A stretch of 64,000 bases of DNA from Eledone cirrhosa. Its lineage: Eukaryota. How positions within the stretch are numbered: the first letter of the stretch is position 1; every line of letters begins with the position of its first letter. Below the pieces are notes generated by a model, which was given only the letters and a program-made list of their open reading frames with translations, was not told the DNA's origin and made no database searches. A program made the position numbers and the translations under genes. Of this stretch, positions 26,375 through 36,596 are shown piece by piece. Where the stretch lies: assembly GCA_964016885.1 (NCBI GenBank), contig OZ024747.1, positions 42,966,001 through 43,030,000 on the forward strand, given 5' to 3'.

Positions 26375-27391
26375 CATCATCATCATCATTCGTCGACTAC
26401 TGTCGAGATGATGAATCTCACTCTCATGCCCCAGAATTCCCTGTCCCCCATCGCCGCCCCCAGGTCCTGTCTACTGATTCCCGTATCCCTAGAGATAACG
26501 TCAGGGAATGACAGCTTCCTACTCCTAGTCAGGCTGGAGTCAGGGTTCCAGAGCAAGAGAGCGGATATGATTTCATTGCTGGCACGGTGACAGTGGCCAG
26601 CAAATTGAGCTCTCCGGGATTTTAGAAGGGCAGAGGCTCGAGGGAGTTTGCCATAGATTTTAGACAAGGTGGGATGTCGTTTCCAGGATAGGTTTTGCAC
26701 TCTCATTAAGAGTGGATTTAGGAGAGGTAGATCAACACTTAGCCAGATTCTCTGCCTTCGCCGACTTATAGAGGAGTCCCAAAACCGCAATCTAGACCTT
26801 GCACTCATCTTTGTTGATTTTTCAAAAGCCTTCGACTCAGTTGACAGGTCGGGCATGTTTGAAATTCTACAACTCTATGGGATTCCTGATAAAATCATCG
26901 CGGCCATACGTGTGATGTATACAGATACCAAATCAACTGTCCTGACCCCAGATGGGGAAACACCACCTTTCTCAATCCTCGCTGGAATTTTACAGGGCGA
27001 TACCCTTGCTCCGTATCTATTTATCATTGTTGTGGATTATGTTTTGCGCATGTCTGTGGATAGGATTCAGGATAGGGGATACCAACTACAGCCTAGGAGA
27101 AGCTCACGCTACCCAGCAAAATACTTGGCCGACACCGACTTTGCTGACGACATCGCATTGATCAGTCGGTCACTGGAAAATGCTGAGTCTTTTGAAGTCA
27201 TTAGAGCAAGCGTCCAACTGTGTGGGACTGTACCTCACCGAATCCAAGACTGAGTATGTGAACAGATGCGCAAACAGCCCAAACTACCCCATCAGAACCC
27301 TTAATGGTACCACCCTTAAGCAGGTGAAAGATTACAAGTATCTTGGCTCATATATCTCCTCCTCCAAAAAAGATTTTCTAACCAGGAAGGG
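26375..27391. mobile_element. RTE-clade LINE fragment with inverted 5' part
   Basis: The 3' end (RRAQFAGHCHR, stop, (GAT)n) is on the minus strand at 26375-26710. The RT core (GFRRGRST, FVDFSKAFDSV, GILQGDTLAP, FADDIAL, YKYLGS) is on the plus strand at 26710-27391. Confidence 0.9.
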
Positions 27392-28070
27392 TATATATAT
27401 ATATGACTTCCACAGGACTAGAACTGTTTCATTCACATCAAATCATCAGGACATTCATATATACATGGTTGTGTGGCTCTCTATGCCTACAAAACAAATT
27501 TAAAATTTAAATTAAACTCATTCTCTCTATTTCTCTCATTCTCTTCCAACAGCACACCCACACTTGATGCACGGAGAAAAAAAATCACAAATCTCAGTCG
27601 GCAATCGATTTCGTTTACAAATAAGTCAACCGCAATTATCTCCCTTAAATAAAAAAAATCGCTAAATATTTTGTTCTTATCTGATATAGAAAATATATGT
27701 ATTCTTCAGTATATTTAATCCTAAAATTAAATTTACCTATATTTAACAAACCCATAAAAATCCCAAGAGATTAGAATTGATAGGTTGTTACAACACAGGA
27801 TAATTCCGTAAATAATGAAACAAATATTGGTTAAATAACAACTTTTATTCTATTTGTAGGTGAAGAATTACCGACAATATTTGTGAGAAAAACTTTAATT
27901 TATATCTAAAGGATGAAAAAATAAAAGGAAAGTAAAAGTGAACAAGAGCAAAAAAATAAAAACATTTACGAAAAATACTAATATAGTGTTTATATCGAGC
28001 GCATAAATTTAACGTGGTTTGCATGATTTGAACAACGCTAAACGTTTAATTAAAGGTGGTTCTAAGGCAG

Positions 28071-28134
28071 GTAACCAAGAGAACTAACATGTGTATAATA
28101 ATAATATTAGCCATGGTAACGGTTACCTAGTAAC
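28071..28134. promoter_or_regulatory. Cluster of RFX X-box-like motifs, putative ciliary-gene promoter
   Basis: GTAACCAAGAGAAC (28071), TTAGCCATGGTAAC (28107) and GTTACCTAGTAAC (28122) lie 80-145 bp upstream of the EFHC1-like ATG in repeat-free, CpG-retaining sequence. Confidence 0.6.
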
Positions 28135-28214
28135 TGATGTAGAAAACGAATGTAGATTTTATTTACAAATCCGGCCTCTTTGAACAAATTTGGTTTTGTG
28201 TTTATAAATCTACG

Positions 28215-28262
28215 ATGGAGGGCTTACCGTTATTTCCAGGCAACACTTTCAAAGACCCTACC
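28215..28262 (+). CDS. EFHC1: Putative first coding exon of an EFHC1/Rib72-family axonemal protein
   Basis: ACG-ATG-G start context. It translates to MEGLPLFPGNTFKDPT, against the human EFHC1 N-terminus as I recall it (HGLPFLPGTSFKDST). A phase-0 donor follows (ACC|GTAAGA) and X-boxes lie upstream. No later exon was recognised in the window. Confidence 0.72.
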
Positions 28263-28356
28263 GTAAGATTAATTAAGATTTACACTTTGTTTTGAAGATG
28301 TTTATTTACTTTGGGTGATGTTAGCACAAACTTTACCACTATATATGTACAGTATG

Positions 28357-28596
28357 TTTCTCTTTCTCTTAATCTCGAATACATTTTTAACCGGCCACCT
28401 CCCTGGTGGCAAGGCTGTAAAAGAAAAGAAATTGTCATCCCTTGAATCGCAAGAATGTTTTGCAAATTTTGAAGGTACCAGCTATCACGGCCATTTGTAG
28501 TCTATGAATTAGGGAGCTGCGCTCTTTGTCTTCAAATCCAACTTCAATCCTACTCTGGTTGATATATAACCTGTAGCTCCGATAATGATGGGTATG
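28357..28596 (-). mobile_element. Second, shorter copy of the R4/Dong-like element
   Basis: Matches about 16750-16999 (IPIIIGATGY..LQMAVIAGTFKICKTFLRFKG and the 3' UTR) and abuts (TG)n. Confidence 0.88.
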
Positions 28597-28735
28597 TGTG
28601 TGTGTGTGTGCGCGTGCGTGTGTGCGTGCGTGTGTGTGTGTGCGTGCGTGTGTGTGTGTGCGCGTGCGTGTGTGTGTAGGTATGTATGTGTGTGTATACA
28701 TGTCTTCCTCTCTCGATACACATTTATATATATGC

Positions 28736-28766
<31 letters not shown>

Positions 28767-28814
28767 TGTATATATACATATATATATATAGTTATGTATA
28801 AATTTATGTTTGTA

Positions 28815-28910
<96 letters not shown>

Positions 28911-28914
28911 ATAT

Positions 28915-29023
28915 GAGAAAGTATGACCCCGACGGCAGAGCTCAAGCCGTTTCGACGGCTATTTCTGGACTAGAAATAGCCGTCGAAACGGCTTAAGCTC
29001 TGCCGGTGGGGTCATACTTTCTC
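28915..29023. repeat. GC-rich hairpin with 52-bp arms and a 5-nt loop
   Basis: GAGAAAGTATGACCCC..GACGGCTATTTCT-GGACT-AGAAATAGCCGTC..GGGGTCATACTTTCTC, 3 mismatches, directly after (TA)n. Confidence 0.92.
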
Positions 29024-29435
29024 CTATTACCCACTCTACTACCCTAAGTATTGAGTACTCTGGTGCGTTATAGTCCACCTGGTTTCTTACCACACCCCCT
29101 TCGTTATATATGATTAAAGCCCTTATATATCAAGAAAGAAGAGTGACACGGTTTGCTATACAATAAGGGCTTTAATCACATTGCTGACAATTGTTTCTCT
29201 GAACTGGTAGGTCTAGGGATCGCTACCCGCCTGTTTCTGCGTCAATCTTAGCCAAGCGTTAACACTATCCACTACTCCGAGTACCCTAACTGGACTACAT
29301 CTAAGTGGACTACCTATAACAATAATTTGTTATCCCGTATATATAATAATAAATTTGTTGAAAGCACAAGTGAAGCCATTTTTTCTTCCCCCCTGTCTTA
29401 ATATACCTAACTGTACCAAGGATTACACACATTTT

Positions 29436-29525
<90 letters not shown>

Positions 29526-30705
29526 TTGTTAGATAGATAGTTTTGAAGTTAACAATTTGATTGAAATACATGACTGAGCAGACTTATTATGATAAGCATT
29601 CCAGTCACGACCATCCCATTTTTTATAGTGACTATGTATACTGTAATAATTTCGTAAACTATCCAGGCCAGTCTTAGGGTTGCTAGATCCCAGGTAAGTT
29701 GAACTTCTGTACCTTTACAATTATAATTATATTTTAATTGTGAGCCAGACTGACTTTTGTCAAATATTTGTTTTATCATACCTAGTGCTCTGATTATTAT
29801 TGGCACTGTTTTAACTTTCATGCCCCACAGGTAAAAAAAAAACAGGCAGAGTTGTTAGAATGTAGAGGAAATGTTTTGGGATATTTTGTCCAGATATTTG
29901 TGTTGCGAGTTCACATTCTGTCTAGGTCAATGAAATAAAGCATCAACTAAAGGCAGTGGATTGAGTGAGATACCTTGTGGTGTTTACTCCTGCTCTAGTC
30001 TTGTGTCTGGTTTAACATTACCACCACCACCACTACTATCGCCTTCAGGTCTTTGAGTAGTGAACTCAGTATTTCATCTAGTTTAACACCCCCACCAAAT
30101 GTACAAAAGTACAGGATGGTCACAGCTGGGATGCCTTCCATTATAGGTCTACTTGAAGAGAGGTGACCTGGGGACAAACATCATTATCATCAACAACAAC
30201 ACATCGTGTGGCCAGCGAGGGAGCCTATATATAAATTAATTGAAAATTATAGGCAGTGTCTTTCATTAGAAATATGGAAACGAAAGGGTTAATGACAAAA
30301 TAATTAATAATTTTTAGTAAATCCCTCCAGATGTTTCATTAATTAATTGAAATACAATGTATTTCATTAGAAATATAATCACAAAAGTGTTAAGCTAAGC
30401 AAGAAGTTAAAACCTGCAGCAGATGAGTTTAGTGTGAAGTAAACCAGCTATCAAGGTTTACAAGCAATACAGGATTTGTTCAAATCTCTGTCGTATATTA
30501 TTGCTCTATCATCCAAATGGTCAACAGATTAATAGATTTAATTAAAGAAACCTGTCCACTCCCTCATCTTGTTACATTCATAGCTCTCAATCTATTCCAC
30601 CTGCTCCTAGTCACCACTTAATACTCTTTGATTTTCCTCATTTGTTTTTCTAGCATGTCTTATCTCCTCTTTCGTTTTCCTCTTCTATCATTATTATTAT
30701 TGTTA

Positions 30706-31090
30706 AGGGCGGTGGGTTGGCAGTATCGGTAGAGGGTCGGACGCCATGCTTTGCCGCATAGAGTTACGGCCCTTTATGATCTGAGTTCAAATCCCGCCGA
30801 GGTTAATTTTGCCTTTCATCCTTACGGGGTCGATAAAATAAAGTACCAGTAATGTACTGAGTAATTGCTGGCCTTGTGCCTAAAGTAGAAACAATTATTA
30901 TACCGAGGATTGGCAGTATATCGGCCACCATGCTTTGACGCATAGAGTAACGGCCCTTGCCATTCTGAGTTCAAATCCTGCCGAAGTTAACTTTGCCTTT
31001 CATCCTTACGGGGTCGAGTCGATAAAATAAAGTACCAGTAATGTACTGGGTAATTTCTGGCCTTGTGCCAAAAGTAGAAACAATTATTAT
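30706..31090 (+). mobile_element. Two tandem tRNA-derived Deu/Nin-like SINEs
   Basis: A box TGGCAGTATCGG, B box GAGTTCAAATCC, conserved core and (TTA)-type tails. Confidence 0.88.
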
Positions 31091-31094
31091 TGTT

Positions 31095-31452
31095 ATTATT
31101 ATGAATTTGATATTTCAGTCATTGATGTTATTTAACTAGAAAATGTCGTCCTAATGAACGTTACCTGCAGCCTCAAATATTCAGGACATATTGGAGGGGC
31201 CTTACTGTTCCCAGTAGGCTTGCCTTCTGGAGTGTTCCAAAAAAGGGGACAGGGCTAATTTTTAAAAACCAGACTTGGAAGTTCTTTGAGATAGTACCTA
31301 GTGCTCCTATGACGATGAAGATGACCTTGACCTCATGGCAGTCCCAGATTCTTTTCAGTACCCACTTTAGATCCTGGTACCGGTTAATTTTCTCTTTCTC
31401 CTTTTGTTGCACTCTTGTGTCAAAGGGGCAAGCTATATCTATAATTAAGCAA
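31095..31452 (-). mobile_element. R4/Dong-like LINE 3' fragment, a second family
   Basis: IIDIACPFD..EKINRYQDL..IVIGALG..LQKASLLGT, ending in (TAA)n. Confidence 0.82.
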
Positions 31453-32542
31453 TTTTTCAATGTAAATTTTTGTTGTTGTCAAGTCAACTTTTACCGAGTA
31501 AGTCTGTGCTCAAATAACTTTGTAGCTGTTATAATCTTATCTTTGAAGGATTAACCTGGGCTACAATGGTCAGTGTCTCATTTATAAAGAAAGCAAGGTA
31601 CAATTTGATGGAAATTTTGATACTATTTTCAACAAATTCAGCAACTACATAGATGCTTAATTACATTCAGCAACTACATAGATGCATGATTATCTCACAT
31701 AATATCGAATCTATGAGATTTTGAAAGTATTTATTTTGAGAACAATACCTTAACATCAGTTTGCGCGACCAGTTACAGTCAGTTTCAACAGAAAGAGGTA
31801 GAGAATTCTGGCCGGTTTTGGCGGGTTTGAACATTAAAGGGTTAACACTTTAATATTCAAACTGGCCAAAACTGGCCAGAATTCTACAAATGTGATATAA
31901 TTGTTTCTACTTTTGGCACAAGGCCAGCAATTACCCAGTACATTACTGGTACTTTATTTTATCAACCCCATAAGGATGAAAGGCAAAGTTAACCTTGGCG
32001 GGATTTGAACTTAAACCATAAAGAGACGTATCTATGCTGGAAAGCATGGCGTCCGACTCTCTACCGATACTGCCAATTCACCGCCGTGTGATATAATGGT
32101 TTCTGATTTAGGCAATTTTGGGGGATAATATTGTTTGTACAATTAACATGCTAAAATCTTATTTTTAATCTATGGTGCTCAGTTTATAGAAATATAAGTA
32201 AAACAATTTATGTGATATAAGTTTAGTTGTTCAGTTTTTTGTAAGGGAAAGACTTTGTGCTGGAAATTTATTCTCTTGTTAATTAAATAAAATACACACT
32301 ATTAATTTCACTCGATATTTATTCAATTTAATTATGTTACAACTCTGATCATTAAATTCTAACTGCTGTTGTTTCCCTACTTTTAGAAAATACATAATGT
32401 TTTCTTCAGTAAGCAGTTGCTGTTTCATAGTTTGAGTTGTTGAAGGTGGGAATGCCTCTGTTATAAAATACATGTTCTGTCAATTTAGCAAATATTTTAC
32501 ATTTGCAGAAATATCCAACCTATGCTAATATGTCTAACCTAC

Positions 32543-32885
32543 ATCATCATCATCATCATCATTTTACGTCCGCTTTTCCCTGCTTGCAAGGGTGGGATGG
32601 GAACTGATTCTGGCTTGATTTCTACAGTTGGATGCCCTTCCTAACACCAACCTCATTTACAGTGAGTGCTGGGTGCTTTTTGGCCGTGGCACCTCCACGA
32701 CCACTTTGCAGTGGAATGATAGGGACCCCAGTCCCTATCATCTCATTTCTACAGCTGAGTAAACTGGAGCAATGTGAAACAAAGTGTCTTGCTCAAGGAA
32801 ACAACACATCACCCGGTCTGAGAATTGAACTCACAACCTTTCGATTGCAAGGCCAATGCTCTAACCACTAAGCCATGTGCCTCCA
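32543..32885 (-). mobile_element. Full-length tRNA/CORE-like SINE with RTE-derived tail
   Basis: Head GGAGGCACATGGCTTAGTGGTTAGAGC..GAGTTCAATTCT, CORE-like CCTTGAGCAAGACACTT, and tail CCCACCCTTGCAAGCAGGGAAAAGCGGACGTAAAA(TGA)n. Confidence 0.88.
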
Positions 32886-34734
32886 TACATGGAGAGCCAG
32901 ACACATTCCATAATATACTGCCAAGTGTTACTCTATTGAAAGTCACCTCCATGACATCCTCCTTGGTCTCCCACCCCAACCCCCACCAACTTAGTAAGTT
33001 GCATGTAAACTGATACTTGTTCTCGCATCATACTCTCACTATGGCCTCCTCAGATGGGCCAAGGACACAACAAGCATCCATATGACATAATGAAGTAGCA
33101 TTGATGACATGATAAAACACATCCAGACCACTCTGTGAAGTGGTTGTGCTGGTGTCATGACAAAATACACTCTGTCCACCCTGTAAAGTGATCTTACTGA
33201 TGCCATGACAAAATACACTGTCTACCCTGTAAAGTGGTTGTGCTGGTGTCATGACAAAATACACTCTGTCCACCCTGTAAAGTGATCTTACTGATGCCAT
33301 GACAAAAGCTCTCAATACTCATTGTCAAGTGGTTAGCATTAGGAAGAGCATTCAGCAAAGGAAAAACAAACCCAAAAGAGAGCGTATGAGCAAGATGTGG
33401 TCATCTGACCAGTCTAGCCCCAGTACATGACAGCCCATCTAACCCATGCAACCATGAACATTCAATCAACCTATGCTAATATGAAAACATTGATATGGAA
33501 AAGACTTCATTGAAACTTGACGAGCAAATTCTGTTCCAGTTGACTATTATTATAGATTTCTACGAAGGGCAGTGGATTGGCTGAATTGTTGCTGTATCGG
33601 ATGAAATGTATTGTAGTACTTTGTTATGGCTTTCTCAACTGGGCCTTTCATCCTTCTGAGGTTGATAAAATAAAGTAGCAGTCAAGTATTAGTGTTGATA
33701 TAATCCCCACCCATCCAACTGCTGGCTTTGTGCCTAAATTAAAAATCCTTATTATAGGTGTCTGCTGTTGGTCCTGAAGGCACTGTGTTGGCAGAGTCAT
33801 TAGGGCAATATTTATTCTATATTCAAATCCTGCTGAGGTCAACTTTGTTTTTCATCCTTTCAAGGTCAAATAAAGTAGCAATCTAGTACTAGGGTTGATT
33901 CTTGCTCTGTCTCCCCCTTCATTATTTTTTCTCCCTGTCACTCTTTCATTTTCTGAAAGAAATCAGCTGTGTTCCCACCTAGAGAGCAATGGGCTTCACC
34001 AGGTTTAAAATTCGCCTGAGCCACTGAGTGCCAGGACAGTGTTCCTTCATTTCCATCAAGAGTTAAGGGCCTTTTATACTTTTTATTTTCCACTGTTAGT
34101 CCTAATGTTTGTTGATTTTTTCTATTTTCTATATTATCTTCAGTCAATTAAATATCTTGAATTAAATGTTATATGTTTATTGCTATATTGTTTGTTTAGA
34201 TTTCTGTGGAGTATTGATAAATGATGATCAATAAAGAACATGTTTGCATGAACTATAATGAAAGAAAATATAGCATGGTTCATTACACAAGGCTTTGACA
34301 TATATGAGATGAAGCCAGAATCATATCTTTCATCACCATTGTTCTCTATTTTCTGTTAGGTCAACATCAATGTTGGTAGCATTCATCTTGTTGTTGTTGT
34401 TGTTGTTGTTGTCACTCCAGTATATGTTCGAATATATCTCTTTTCTCCATAGTTATCTACATTTTATCAGCTCACTGTTGTTGTTGTAGTTGTTTCTGTC
34501 TGTCCAGTGTATTTTCGGACATATCTCTTATCTCCATCGTTCCCAACCATCTATCAGGTTACTGTAGTAGAAGTGGTAGTAGTGGTAGTAGTGGTAGTAG
34601 TAGTAGTTATAGTTGTTGTCTACCCTGTGTGTCATTGAACATATCTTCCATCTTCATAGTTTTCAGGACAACGTAAGAGATTGACATAACTTTGGTCACT
34701 GTTATCATTGTTGTTCATGTTATCTGCCCAGTGT

Positions 34735-36060
34735 ATAATAATAATAATAATGAAATTATTGTGTACAGTGCTCAGGTGCACTACAACTCATCAAAGGTGC
34801 ATGTATAGTACATAGAATAATGTACAAATGTCAGGGAAGTGAATAGTGTATGAGTCATGATATACATGTGTGCGTATGTATGGAGGGGGAATATTAGGTG
34901 TAGTGTTGGTGAATCTCAGGAAGCATGGAGGTTATAAAGGATGCAGTGTCTCGACAGCTAACAACTGATGCAGGTAGTTTGTTCCATGCTTCAGCAACTC
35001 TGAGCGTCAAAAAAATGTTTCCGAAAGTCATGGGAGCTGTGCTGTTTTCTGAATTTGTTGGCATGCCCACGTGTGTTAAACACATGGAAATCAAAAAGGT
35101 ACTCAGGGTTGTTGTTTATCAAGTCAGTTGCCAGATGTCGGAGCTTCAATGTATCCATGCCCAGGGAAGTAAGGCGTTCAGAGTATGGTAGACGCCTGAT
35201 GGAGGATATTCGCTTGGTTGCACATCTCTGAACAGTTTCCAAGCGGTCAATGTTCTGAGCAAGATAGGGGTTCCAGACTGGTGATGCAAATTCTAAGTGT
35301 GGCCGCACCATAGCTATATACAGACGTGCTTTGTCCAATGCAAATCGCTGCTGACAGTAATGCCCAGGTGACGTTCACAAGAAGACTTCTTGATATTAGT
35401 GTTGCAGTGGCAGTATGTGGACGCTGGGTTTTTACTCCCAAAATGCATGGTGGTACACTTGTCCACAGCCAGCTTGAGTTGCCAATCCATGATCCATTGT
35501 TGCATTGTGTCCAGGTCAGATTGCAGGCAAGATCTATAGTGTTCAGGATCTGTCCTTTTTATCTCAAGGTACAGCTTGATGTCATCTGCATATTTCAGTA
35601 CTGTGGCATTCTTTAAGTTGGCATCTATGTCATTAATATATGCCCAAACAAAAGGGGGTCAAGAACAGATCCCTGTGGTACACCAAATGACATCTCATAT
35701 GGTGAGGAATGCTGTTCTAGAACCGTGACTACCTCTCTTCGACTGAGAATGAAGGACTTCAACCAGTTAAAAAGATCACCCTTCACACCGATTGCAGAGA
35801 GTTTTGCCATAAGTCTTTTGTGTGGCACAGATAAGGCTGTGAGAGATAAGGCTGTGAGAGTTCCAGAAGTTCCAAAGCATTTCTCTGACACAGGATTCCA
35901 GCAGTTTGGCAATGCAACTAGTAAGACTGACTGGATGATAGTTCACAGGTGATGTGCGGTCACCCTTTTTGAACAGAGGAATGACACTGGCAGTTTTCCA
36001 CTGTTCTGGAGTAGCACCATTGTTCAGACAGAATTGGAAGAAGCGTGATAGCTGGTGTAT
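34735..36060 (-). mobile_element. Decayed CR1-clade LINE 3' part
   Basis: WKTASVIPLFKKG..PVSLTS, GVPQGSVL, YADD, VRPHLEFASPVWNPY..LETVQRCATK, AWNKLP, with a (TTA)n tail. Many frameshifts and deletions. Confidence 0.88.
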
Positions 36061-36234
36061 TTTTGGAGACACTTCCCCTCTCTACCTTCTGTCAGGTCAT
36101 TGTTGTTGTTGTTTTCTCCATCTATCAGTCAACAAAACTGATAACATTTGGCTATTTGTCTATACCAATATATTGAACAAACAATAGCCATAACAGATGA
36201 CATCTTCAAAGTCAAAACTGATTGAGGTTCTCTC

Positions 36235-36596
36235 TTAACCCTTTAGTATTTACATTACTCTATATTTACTATTGTATTTTTGTGGTAAAGGTTTTACCTC
36301 ACATAATATTGCAGCAAAGAGTTACGGCCCTTTATGGTCTGAGTTCAAATCCCGCCGAGGTTAACTTTGCCTTTCATCCTTACGAGGTCGATAAAATAAA
36401 GTACCAGTAATGCACTGGGATAATTGCTGGCCTTGTGCCAAAAGTAGAAATAATAATATTGAATCTATGAGATTTTGATGATATTTATATTGAGAACAAT
36501 ACCTTAGCATCAGTATCAGCGGTCATTATGACCAGTTTGAATAGAAAGAGGTCAGAGAATTCTGGTCAGATATAGCCGGTTTAATGAAAGGGTTAA
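36235..36596. mobile_element. piggyBac-like MITE interrupted by a SINE fragment
   Basis: TTAACCCTTT...AAAGGGTTAA termini, with SINE sequence at about 36318-36455. Confidence 0.75.

Noticed and set aside
30706-30800. tRNA genes
   Set aside because: The A and B boxes belong to SINE heads. There is no cloverleaf, and they continue into the SINE core and tail.
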